Of a DNA stretch of 59,543 nucleotides, positions 9,703-18,411 are shown in pieces; the stretch's first letter is position 1, and the number at the start of each line of letters is the position of its first letter. The stretch spans positions 1 to 59,543 of the IMG/VR virus record IMGVR_UViG_3300036846_000476; one strand, written 5' to 3'. The DNA comes from a virus (lineage: Duplodnaviria > Caudoviricetes). The notes under the pieces are model-generated. The model saw only the letters and a program-made list of their open reading frames with translations. It was not told the origin of the DNA and ran no database searches. A program made the position numbers and the translations under genes.

Positions 9703-9918
9703 TTAGTCGTCCTGTGCGAGGGCGTGAAGGGTCTCCAGCGCGTCAGTAATTAAGTGCACGAGGGCAGGCGAGTGCGCCTCGTAGCGAAGAACGATTTGCT
9801 TACATTCTTCGATAACTTCTGCGCGGACCGAGTGCGAGGTCTCGATGCGGTCGGTAAGGTAATCCCAGTCGTCGATCAGAAGCCAGCCGCTGGCAATCTC
9901 GCGGAAGCCGTCTCTCAT
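9703..9918 (-). CDS. Hypothetical protein
   Basis: ATGA overlap with upstream gene; AGGAG RBS. Confidence 0.65.
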   Translation of the reverse strand: MRDGFREIASGWLLIDDWDYLTDRIETSHSVRAEVIEECKQIVLRYEAHSPALVHLITDALETLHALAQDD

Positions 9919-10487
9919 CCTAGCTCCTTCCGCGCCGCATCGATCGCCAGGTTGAGTTCGCGCAGCCGGCCCTCGTCGCTAGACGCTTCGCGCGCTAGCG
10001 AGCGGTAGCGATGTTCCGCCAGAACCAGCCGCTGATCGTTCGCTAGTCCCGCCACGTCGCCAAACATCCCTCGCCAATCAATCGCCTTGCCATCTGGTGA
10101 TGGCAAGGCGAGGCGTGCACCCTCAGTAGCTTGTTCAGCAGTATAAGCGCCCCAGCGTTCGAGCCCGCGCATCGCGCTGAGCGTCAGCTCGATCGCGTGG
10201 ATGTTGTCCGCCAACTTGGTGTACTTGTCGGCGGCTAGCACCCGCAGCTCACCCTTCCGGTCGTTCCACCACAATGCCGCGCCAGGGTCGCCGGCATAGA
10301 TCCGTTGGTGATTGCGCGAGAGTATCCAGGCGCGGATTTTCCAGGCAGACATTTCGCGCTCGACACCGCGCGCCGCCTTCGCAACCTCGGGGTGGCGGAA
10401 GGGGCTGTCGACCTTATTGACCGTGCGCGGCTTGGTCTCGGGCCAGCACAGCCGGCTCTCGGTGACCTCGCCTAGTTCGGTAATCAT
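9915..10487 (-). CDS. Phage DnaJ-associated family protein with degenerate C-terminal J-like domain
   Basis: WPE..PRT, DPGAALWW, DKY..LADNIHAI..TL.AMRGLERWG and YR.LA...LN.A pattern; no HPD. Confidence 0.65.
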   Translation of the reverse strand: MITELGEVTESRLCWPETKPRTVNKVDSPFRHPEVAKAARGVEREMSAWKIRAWILSRNHQRIYAGDPGAALWWNDRKGELRVLAADKYTKLADNIHAIELTLSAMRGLERWGAYTAEQATEGARLALPSPDGKAIDWRGMFGDVAGLANDQRLVLAEHRYRSLAREASSDEGRLRELNLAIDAARKELG

Positions 10488-10490
10488 CGA

Positions 10491-11048
10491 TCACTCGATC
10501 TGAACACCATTGCTGGGCGGCGCTACCGTAGAACCGCCGGCGTTGGTCGCGGTGACGACGCAGTTAACTGTCTTACCGGAGTCGGTCGGATCGACGAGGT
10601 AGGTGTTACTGCCGTCGCCAACGGCAGCGCCATCACTCTGCCACTGGTAAACATATGACTCGGGCAAGTTGCCCCAATTGCCCATTGTGCAGGTCAAGAC
10701 AGAACCGGCAGAGGGCGAACCCGAAACATACGGGGTGCTGACACAGACAGGTGCCGGCATGGTGGTTGGTCCAGTATACGTCACCTCGGTGACGTCGGAG
10801 CCCGAGGGTTTCGGACCCGGCGCGGCCACCTGGGTCAACAGGCTGCGGCTGTAGTAGACGTGCAGCCCGTCCTGTATCCAACGGTTAACGTGCGACACAA
10901 AGTCAGGCTCGTACAACTGCGACGACCACAAGGTGAGGTACCCCGAACGCGAGTTGTCGTAGAGGAACTGGATAAACTCCGGGGGTGCCGGCTGTCTTGG
11001 GTCAAGCCCGGCGGCGTCGAGATCGAGCAGGGTGATCGGCTCTGCCAT
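10491..11048 (-). CDS. Ig-like domain protein, possible virion decoration
   Basis: GGAGG RBS; C-terminal GSVLTCTMGNW..YQWQ..Y..D.G..V.C.VTATN Ig-like pattern. Confidence 0.7.
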   Translation of the reverse strand: MAEPITLLDLDAAGLDPRQPAPPEFIQFLYDNSRSGYLTLWSSQLYEPDFVSHVNRWIQDGLHVYYSRSLLTQVAAPGPKPSGSDVTEVTYTGPTTMPAPVCVSTPYVSGSPSAGSVLTCTMGNWGNLPESYVYQWQSDGAAVGDGSNTYLVDPTDSGKTVNCVVTATNAGGSTVAPPSNGVQIE

Positions 11049-11058
11049 TGGAACCTCC

Positions 11059-11217
11059 TTAATGCATGCCGGCTGGGTAGAACACATGGATCGTCAGCAG
11101 CAGCGCGACGATCCAGGCCAGCCACGAGCTAGCCCACGGGTACGGGTGTTGCGGTATCGGCAGTATGGCGAGGAACCATAGGAACAACGACACGATCAAC
11201 AGGATTTCGACGATCAT
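11059..11217 (-). CDS. 52-aa two-TM membrane protein (holin-like candidate), absent from ORF track
   Basis: MIVEILLIVSLFLWFLAIL...WLAWIVALLLTIHVF; AGGAG RBS; ATGA coupling. Confidence 0.65.
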   Translation of the reverse strand: MIVEILLIVSLFLWFLAILPIPQHPYPWASSWLAWIVALLLTIHVFYPAGMH

Positions 11218-11387
11218 CTTCGTACTCTCCTAAACGCCCGGAACAACCGGCACCAGTCGACGCGGCGCACCGTGCCAGCCACCAGCTCGCACGCGCTGGG
11301 CGCCTGGAAGTGCCGGCACATCCCGCAATGGTTCGGCCCCTTGGCAGGCGCCTCGAACTCAACCGATGCCTTCGACACCTTCGCCAT
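11214..11387 (-). CDS. HiPIP-like 4Fe-4S protein, 57 aa, absent from ORF track
   Basis: Translated by hand: MAKVSKASVEFEAPAKGPNHCGMCRHFQAPSACELVAGTVRRVDWCRLF; CxxCxxF...C..V.G.....WC. Confidence 0.7.
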   Translation of the reverse strand: MAKVSKASVEFEAPAKGPNHCGMCRHFQAPSACELVAGTVRRVDWCRLFRAFRRVRR

Positions 11388-11408
11388 CGGTTCCGACCAG
11401 GCTATTTT

Positions 11409-11421
11409 TATAGCCGCTATA
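11409..11421. promoter_or_regulatory. Motif B TATAG-CCG-CTATA
   Basis: Perfect arms; upstream of the HiPIP-like gene. Confidence 0.7.
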
Positions 11422-11623
11422 ATAACCCTCGGACCTTGAGTTTGTTAAGCCGGAAAAAATTGCGCGGGTTCAACTCATAAGCCAGCAGCGCGCGCTCCAG
11501 CTCGCGGCAATAGGCCTCGTTCTCGGCAGCTTCCATCGCCGTCCAGTCAGTCGAGGGGATCGCCGGCGGCACCGGCCGGTCGATCTGGTAGTTTAGTACT
11601 GGTACTAACAGCGCCGTTCTCAT
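11417..11623 (-). CDS. Hypothetical protein
   Basis: GGAGG RBS; ATGA overlap with the giant gene. Confidence 0.65.
   Translation of the reverse strand: MRTALLVPVLNYQIDRPVPPAIPSTDWTAMEAAENEAYCRELERALLAYELNPRNFFRLNKLKVRGLL
11593..11608. repeat. Motif A variant TTAGTACTGGTACTAA
   Basis: Read directly; one mismatch; translated as LVPVL. Confidence 0.93.
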
Positions 11624-14600
11624 TGCGCGAACCTCCCAACCTGACTGAGCGCAGGCACCTCCTTCTTCGGTATGTGCAGTCCGTAGGTACCCGGTGTTGC
11701 ATTGGCCACCGCCTGCGCCTTGAGTTCGGACTGGATCGTCTTCATTGTGATCGGCGTCGTCGGGTGCGTCTTGTTGTACTCGCCGATTTGGGTAATGACC
11801 TTGCCTCGATCAGCAGGCAGCGCCGTCAGCATTTTTTGCAGCAGCTGCGAGTGCTCGTCCTTGTCTACCTGACGCTCGGTCTGTTCGGCGTTCCTAGCAT
11901 CGCGCGCGATCCCAACATCGTCGGGGTTGAAACCGGTAGCTTTCAGCAGCGCATCGTAAGTGCTGAACTTGTTCGCCGGCAGGATGACATCGCCGCGTGG
12001 TGAGGTCACGCCACGCGTCGACCATTGGTAGGCCTGGATCGGATCGGTGATGATGCGCGGCAATACCCCACGGGTCAGCCCACTAAAGTTTCCATTGATC
12101 GCATTGCGTCCCGCCTGGAAGTAGCTCTCGATCGTGTCGCCAGCCGCGCCGGTCACCGCCTGCGCCATCAGGTTGAGAAGTCCGGTGCGCGAGAAATCCC
12201 GCAGCTCCGGGGCCTCGATCGCGTTGGCCAGCTTGACGGTCGACAACCGAATACCGCCTAACGTAAACACGCCACGCGCCAAAACTTCGGCAGGGGTCTT
12301 GCCCACGGTATCCCGCAACCAATTCCTGGTCATCGTCTCGAGGTGTTCGTTGGTGTGCGGCCGATCCGACCCTGTCGCATAATCGTAGAGCCCGAGACCG
12401 ATCATCACCGGCAATGACCCGAATACCGCCGCCGTCGTGCCTGAGACCATCGCATGGGTTAGCAACATGGCGCCGAGTGCCTTGACGGCCTCGGTACGCT
12501 CCGGGCCGCTTCGGCGCAGCGCCTCATTCACCAGGTTGCCAAGCAACCCATATTGATGCAACCCATATAACCGGTACTGCAGGACCGGCGCTGCGAACTG
12601 CCCGAGCCGGCCACGCGACGTGGTGATGGTGCCTTTGTTGTGCAGGTTGTAGTTTGGCATCGTGTCGCGCGCCTGCTGCATCGCGTAGTTGATCGCGTCA
12701 TCGACATTGCCGTTGTTGCGCCGCAGCTCCATGTCGAACGCCGTTTTGGCGATGACGGTGCGGTTCATGCTATCCATCGCATGCTCGCCAACCGCGAACA
12801 GGTTCATCGTATTGGTCACGATGTTGGGCAGCCACGGCACGTACTTGCCGCGCACCCCGGTCAAGAACCCCTCCGGCCCGGCCATACGCTGGATCTCACG
12901 CACCATCGTGTGGTCGATCAGGCTGGCGTCGTTTAACGCCTGGACCAGCCGGTTGGCGTGATCCTCGGGCATGCCCGACTTGATCATACGCTGACGGTAG
13001 AGATTGGAGATATCCCAATCGGCCAGCTTTAGCTCACCAGCAACCGCCTTCATCGCGTTCCTGCCGGTGAACCTGCCAGCCTCACCGGCGAGGGTCGCCA
13101 TATTGCGCGCCAGCCCCAAACCCGTTGCGCCAAACCCGTGGCGCGCGCCGATTAGGCTCACCGCATTCGAGTGTGCATCGGCCAGCTGCACCGCAAAATG
13201 GCCGATGCGCATCAAATTGTTGACGAAGCTCGTGTTAGTGAAACCGCGCGCGGTCGTCCCCAACATGTCGGACGACGTATCCCCATCGGCTGGGGCGGTA
13301 CGCCCCTTCACCGCATCAAGAACCGTCTGGGCACGCTGCGCATCGGCATCACTTTCAGCGGTCTGGTGCAAATCGCGCACTCGCTCTTCCATGCGGCGGA
13401 TTGCGTCCAGCTCGTCGGCCCTAGTGGCGATGTTGCCCATACGCGAGGTATGGGCCATGAACTCCTGGTTCAAAATACGCGCGTGGTCGCTCGACGCACC
13501 GGAGACACCCTCGCGCCGCATCGACGCCATGTGGCTCACCGACCGGGTCATCGTGCGGAGCATCAGCTCGGCAATCGCCTCGCGCACCTGGTCGCGGGTA
13601 TCGGCGTCGACGTTGCGCCGGGAAAGCTCCTGGTCGATCGTATTAAGCGAGCGTTCTGGGATAATCCTAGAAGCCTGTTCCTGCGACTTAACGAACACCC
13701 GCGACACGTTAGACGCCCCCTCACGAGCGAGTTCTGCCCGCCGCACCTGCGCCTGGGTGTAACGCTCGAACATCTCGACGCCATAGCTGCCGGGCACATC
13801 CCGGTTGCCATAGGTCACGACGTACTGACCATGTCGACGTAAAGGAAAATAATCTCCCTGGATACGCCCAGCCTGCAAAGCCTTGGCCAGCTCACGTTGG
13901 ATCACATCCGGGTTGCCGCGACCGGCCAGCTCGTCGAGCCCGGCATCGGTCTTGGCGCGTTCTGCCCAATCCGCTCGTTCCTGCGGCGTTAGATCGGTGA
14001 CGCGCCGCAGCACGTCCTCGATGTTTACCTTCTCCTGATCAGCACGCCACTGCTGATAGACGTCACGCAGGTCACGGTAAGCCTGCTGCGCCGCCGGGTG
14101 CAGCCTGTTAAACCGATCCTGCAATTCAGCCAGGTTATCACGCTGCTCCGGGGTTGCTAGATGATCGTTGGCACGCGGGTTCTCGCTGCCAAGCTTGACG
14201 TTGGCCAGCGACACATCGTTGATCAATGTTTTGAGTTTTTCACTATCCGGTCCACGCCGCAGCCGTTCCGCAAGGTTGGTAACGGTAGGCTCGTAAGCGT
14301 GACGCTCCTGGCTGGACCGTGCGGTCGCGCCCTCGCGTGCCGAACGTACCTCTGTTACTTCCGGCACCAGCTGACGGTTATAGCGCTCAATCGCGTCCAA
14401 CGGCATGGTCGAGAGTGCCAGGCGCCGCCCCGCATTAAACGGCTGAGCGAACAACGCGCGCATCGTTTCCATCGCACGTTCGGTGCGCTGGTTGATCGGC
14501 GTCTCCATCGCGTTGGTGTTATGGACGAGGGCGGACCTTTGGTCCGCAGCCTCGGCGGCCGGACCCCTATCAGGCCCAAACCTGCGGAACTCGCTGCCGG

Positions 14601-17600
14601 CCTGAACGATATCGGTCAGCGGACGCAACACATGATCGAGAACACTCCCCTGATTGCGCGATAGGTTAAACATGTTGCGCAGCACGGTCTTGAACGCGGT
14701 CCACAAATTGGGCCTGCCGCCCAGCTCGGGCCCGAGGCCAAGCTCGTTCAGGATGCGCTGCAGCCTCGGGTTGACCGCGCGCTGCGCCATTAGATCCTGC
14801 AGATGCGCGTCGGTCAGGCTGTAGGTCAGCGCCTCGTCCTTGTCCCGCATCGCGCTTCTGAGCGAGAGCCGTTCGTCCGGCGTCAGCTCGCGGCCAGGTG
14901 CATCGTGCATGCTCTGCAACTGGCTGGTGATCTCATTCAGCGCTGTAAGATGACCGCGCTCGCGATCGGTCAAATCGGCGGTCGGGGCGGTACGCAGGCG
15001 CTCGATGTATTTGTAGGTCGCTGCGTGCAGCGCCTCGTGCAGCACGCTGGTGGCCAAACCATGCGTATCAGCCACATCGCGCAGGTACGGCTCGTTGAAG
15101 GTGATCATTTCCGGGCGCCCGTCTCGGGCGCTGAAATACCGTGCCACCTCCTGCAGGCGCGGCTCGGAAACACCGTAGCGCGCTTGCGCCGCCTCGTGCG
15201 TCATGGCCTGCAGATCAGCCGGCAGCATCCGCTTCAACTGCCTGGCGAGCGCGGCATAGTGCGGCGCCTGGGTCTGGGCGTGTGGGTTATTGATGATCGC
15301 GTCGAGATAGTCGTGGATCGACGCCGGCTCGCCGCGTGCCTGCGAGCGTTCGAGGACATTCCAGAGCGGCTGGTTGAGCGTCGACGAGGCATGCCGCCGA
15401 ACCACCGCACCCAGATTGGCCAGCCCCTCGCGTGCCCGCATCAAGCGCGACGCAACGCTGGCACTAGCGCTGCCCTCCTCGACATTGCGCAGGTTGTCCT
15501 CCAGCAACATCAGATCGGCCAGCCGCTCCTTGCGGTTCAGCTGTTCGTTGATCTCGGCCTGGAGGGTTTTGGTAAGGCCCTGACGCTGCTTCCCACCGGG
15601 TGCCTCTTGCAGCGCCTTGGCTCGCTCGATCAGATCTTTCTCGAGGTTGGGATCGTTAGCGCGGTCAATCTCAGCACGGACGTAATCCCGCAGCCTGTCA
15701 TACAACCGCGCCGGCCCCTGCTTCTGGGAGCCGTAGAGCCGGTGCGCTTCGGCTGGTGACAGTCCTTCGTCGAGCACCCGCTTGACGATCGCCGCAGCGC
15801 GCCGGTCGAGCTTTTCAGGTAATGGTGGTGTCTCCTTAGTACCGGTACTAACCGCCTCGACCGGCCTGCCCTCGGTAGGTTCAAACACCTGCTTCTGTGA
15901 CTTCACCTCCTGGCGTGCTTCCTCGGCCATGCGCGATACCCGCCTGACCGGTGGTGCAGGCGGCGGTTCTTCTGTAGGTGGCGCGGTGTAGACCTTGCCG
16001 CGTTCGGGCGTTGACTCGACCTTCTGAGCCTGGCGCTTACGCAACTGAGCGCCCACAGTTTCTGTTGGTACTGTTGCAGTCTTAGCAGCTTGCTTGGCGC
16101 GCAGCTGCTCTCCTACAGTTCCTGTAGTTTCAGCCGGTGCCTCGGCCCGCGCAGCACGCGCTTGCGCCAGGGCAACCTCGGGCGTTTCACCTCTACCGAT
16201 AACCCCAGTCTCGTCACTGACGGCAAAGCCCTTGCCCTCACGCGCGACCGTCAGCCCTTCGGTCGAGGCGGCAGGCTCAAACGCGGGTTTAGTAGCGGCG
16301 GGTGGAGCACTGCTGCCCTCGCCAGCTGCGAGGTCTTCTAACCTCGCAGCGTGCACGCCGCGATAAACTTCTCCGGTAGCGCTCCTGATGTCGTTGACAA
16401 GCCCAGCACGTTCGAGCGCCTGTTGCTGCTCCGGGGTAAACTGCTCGATCGGGTAGGCGTTCTCCGGTGTCTTGGTCAGCTCGCCAGTAGGAGGTGCCTC
16501 AACGTTCGCACCTTCGCCTTCTCCTGCTGGTGCAGGAGAAGGCTGAGTCGGCGCTTCCTCTTTGGGTGCGAGGTTAGCCGGATCGCGGGCGCGGGCGAAC
16601 TGGTAGGCCTGCTCGGCGGTATCCCCGACAGCCACGACATGACCGTCGGGCGTCTTGACCACATACCCCGGTCCCTGGTCGTCGGGCTCGACAGTCCAGC
16701 CCTCACGCGTTTCCAGGGGCGGCGGCGCTCCCATCGGACCGCGCTCCGATGGTGGTGGCGGTGGGGGCTCGGGATACTTGGTACGCTCGATCGGTTCGTT
16801 GGTGACGCGCCGGGTTCCGGGTTCCTCACCGGCCAACGGCAAGCGGCCCTGCTGCTCGGTGGTGACCGGCAGCTCGCCCTGCTGACCGGTGTCTCGCGCC
16901 GGCTGTGGGGTACTCCGAACACCCGGCAACTCGGGCTGGCCGGGCGGTGGTTCCGGGTACCCCCCGGGGGGTACCCGGAGCTGCGTCGGTGGGGTGGGCA
17001 GCGGAAGCTGCTCCCCAGGCCCCGTAGGCGCCCCAGGAATGGGCAGTTCACCCTGGGTGGGGGGTGGGGCAGGGGGCGGCGCTTCCGGCGCTCCTGGCGC
17101 ACCGTAGGCGCCTGGCGGCCCAGGCTGGGGTGGCGGCGGTGGCTCGGGTGGCGGCACCGGTGGCCCGAACTGCTCGGGCGGGCGCGGCCCATAGGCACCC
17201 GGCGCACCGGGTCCTCCCGATGGCGCCTGCTCACCGGAAGGCGGCGGCGGTCCATAACCGCCGGGCGGTCCCGGTCCAGGCGGTGGGGCCGGCGGCCCGA
17301 ACTGCTCGGGCGGACGCGGACCATAGCTCCCGGGCGGCGGCACGCCGCCTTGCTCCTGCGCCGTCTCGCCCAACGCGGCGCTTTCTTCCGGCGTCACGCC
17401 CTTGTCAGTGGGTGGTGGTGCACGACCGCGCGACCCGAGATACCCGACCGCGCCAAAGAGCGGCGCGCCGATCACACCACCGACCGCTGCTTCGGCAAGC
17501 TGCGCACCGGTGGGAGCTTCGTACTGCCCGGTCGCGGCTGCCTTCGGCAACGGCTCGGCAAACGCCCCAGCCGTGGTGATCAGCGGCATACCGACTACGG

Positions 17601-18411
17601 CGCGTCCGACGTTCTGCCACAAGCCTGCACCCGCAGCGCCGTGCACGAACGGGGCGGGTGCACCGGCTAGCGCACCCCCAACCGTCGCACCAGTAATGGC
17701 AGCACCGAGATCGCCGTTGTTCTCACGGGCTGCCTTGTTGGCACCCGAGATCGCACCGGCCACAACCATCACCGGCACACCAGCGGTTATATAGGCCGCG
17801 ATCTGTGGCAACACCTCGCCGATCTTGCCCAGTCCATAACGCATCGCACTATCTGGGTCTTGCATCGCCTCGGTGAGGCTCTGCACCGTCGGCGCCAGGT
17901 CTTTGGCGGCGTAGTCGTTGTATTTTTTGAGTTGTGCCTTATCAGCGGTCGCGAGCGATTGGAGATAACTACTGCCAGTCCAGGTCGCGAGGTTTTGCTC
18001 GGCGGTGTTGGCAACGTCGGCAACCTCAGATACCAGATCATGCGCGCCACGCTGGATGCCGCGACTGACCTCACCAAGATAACCGGGTTTTTCTTCTGGC
18101 GGTGGCGGGGCCTCTGGCTCACCCATAAGCTGAGACAATGTCATTGGTGGACCGACCGGTGTCGGTGGCGGTCCCGATCTTCCTGCTGCTGCTCTCGCCA
18201 ATAGGTCTGCGTTAGTGACCCGTCCTAGCGGCACCACCGAAGACCGCACCGGCAGCGCCTGCTGCGGCGGCCCTGTTGCTACTCCCTCGTCGCCACCAGC
18301 ATCGAGAGGCGGCGCGCCACCGCCGGCTCCCTCTACATCAAGATCGGCGCCGGGATCGACCTCGGCGTCGGGATCAGTATCCGGGTCCGGCGCAAGCGCT
18401 GTGCGTGCCAT
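11620..18411 (-). CDS. Giant internal virion/ejection (polyvalent) protein, 2263 aa
   Basis: Last of the ejection cluster; HEALH zincin motif; YFPLRRHG resembling PLxRFG; Pro-rich linker. Confidence 0.8.
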   Translation of the reverse strand: MARTALAPDPDTDPDAEVDPGADLDVEGAGGGAPPLDAGGDEGVATGPPQQALPVRSSVVPLGRVTNADLLARAAAGRSGPPPTPVGPPMTLSQLMGEPEAPPPPEEKPGYLGEVSRGIQRGAHDLVSEVADVANTAEQNLATWTGSSYLQSLATADKAQLKKYNDYAAKDLAPTVQSLTEAMQDPDSAMRYGLGKIGEVLPQIAAYITAGVPVMVVAGAISGANKAARENNGDLGAAITGATVGGALAGAPAPFVHGAAGAGLWQNVGRAVVGMPLITTAGAFAEPLPKAAATGQYEAPTGAQLAEAAVGGVIGAPLFGAVGYLGSRGRAPPPTDKGVTPEESAALGETAQEQGGVPPPGSYGPRPPEQFGPPAPPPGPGPPGGYGPPPPSGEQAPSGGPGAPGAYGPRPPEQFGPPVPPPEPPPPPQPGPPGAYGAPGAPEAPPPAPPPTQGELPIPGAPTGPGEQLPLPTPPTQLRVPPGGYPEPPPGQPELPGVRSTPQPARDTGQQGELPVTTEQQGRLPLAGEEPGTRRVTNEPIERTKYPEPPPPPPSERGPMGAPPPLETREGWTVEPDDQGPGYVVKTPDGHVVAVGDTAEQAYQFARARDPANLAPKEEAPTQPSPAPAGEGEGANVEAPPTGELTKTPENAYPIEQFTPEQQQALERAGLVNDIRSATGEVYRGVHAARLEDLAAGEGSSAPPAATKPAFEPAASTEGLTVAREGKGFAVSDETGVIGRGETPEVALAQARAARAEAPAETTGTVGEQLRAKQAAKTATVPTETVGAQLRKRQAQKVESTPERGKVYTAPPTEEPPPAPPVRRVSRMAEEARQEVKSQKQVFEPTEGRPVEAVSTGTKETPPLPEKLDRRAAAIVKRVLDEGLSPAEAHRLYGSQKQGPARLYDRLRDYVRAEIDRANDPNLEKDLIERAKALQEAPGGKQRQGLTKTLQAEINEQLNRKERLADLMLLEDNLRNVEEGSASASVASRLMRAREGLANLGAVVRRHASSTLNQPLWNVLERSQARGEPASIHDYLDAIINNPHAQTQAPHYAALARQLKRMLPADLQAMTHEAAQARYGVSEPRLQEVARYFSARDGRPEMITFNEPYLRDVADTHGLATSVLHEALHAATYKYIERLRTAPTADLTDRERGHLTALNEITSQLQSMHDAPGRELTPDERLSLRSAMRDKDEALTYSLTDAHLQDLMAQRAVNPRLQRILNELGLGPELGGRPNLWTAFKTVLRNMFNLSRNQGSVLDHVLRPLTDIVQAGSEFRRFGPDRGPAAEAADQRSALVHNTNAMETPINQRTERAMETMRALFAQPFNAGRRLALSTMPLDAIERYNRQLVPEVTEVRSAREGATARSSQERHAYEPTVTNLAERLRRGPDSEKLKTLINDVSLANVKLGSENPRANDHLATPEQRDNLAELQDRFNRLHPAAQQAYRDLRDVYQQWRADQEKVNIEDVLRRVTDLTPQERADWAERAKTDAGLDELAGRGNPDVIQRELAKALQAGRIQGDYFPLRRHGQYVVTYGNRDVPGSYGVEMFERYTQAQVRRAELAREGASNVSRVFVKSQEQASRIIPERSLNTIDQELSRRNVDADTRDQVREAIAELMLRTMTRSVSHMASMRREGVSGASSDHARILNQEFMAHTSRMGNIATRADELDAIRRMEERVRDLHQTAESDADAQRAQTVLDAVKGRTAPADGDTSSDMLGTTARGFTNTSFVNNLMRIGHFAVQLADAHSNAVSLIGARHGFGATGLGLARNMATLAGEAGRFTGRNAMKAVAGELKLADWDISNLYRQRMIKSGMPEDHANRLVQALNDASLIDHTMVREIQRMAGPEGFLTGVRGKYVPWLPNIVTNTMNLFAVGEHAMDSMNRTVIAKTAFDMELRRNNGNVDDAINYAMQQARDTMPNYNLHNKGTITTSRGRLGQFAAPVLQYRLYGLHQYGLLGNLVNEALRRSGPERTEAVKALGAMLLTHAMVSGTTAAVFGSLPVMIGLGLYDYATGSDRPHTNEHLETMTRNWLRDTVGKTPAEVLARGVFTLGGIRLSTVKLANAIEAPELRDFSRTGLLNLMAQAVTGAAGDTIESYFQAGRNAINGNFSGLTRGVLPRIITDPIQAYQWSTRGVTSPRGDVILPANKFSTYDALLKATGFNPDDVGIARDARNAEQTERQVDKDEHSQLLQKMLTALPADRGKVITQIGEYNKTHPTTPITMKTIQSELKAQAVANATPGTYGLHIPKKEVPALSQVGRFAQ
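15836..15851. repeat. Motif A (exact), in-frame in giant protein (VSTGTK)
   Basis: Read directly. Confidence 0.97.
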
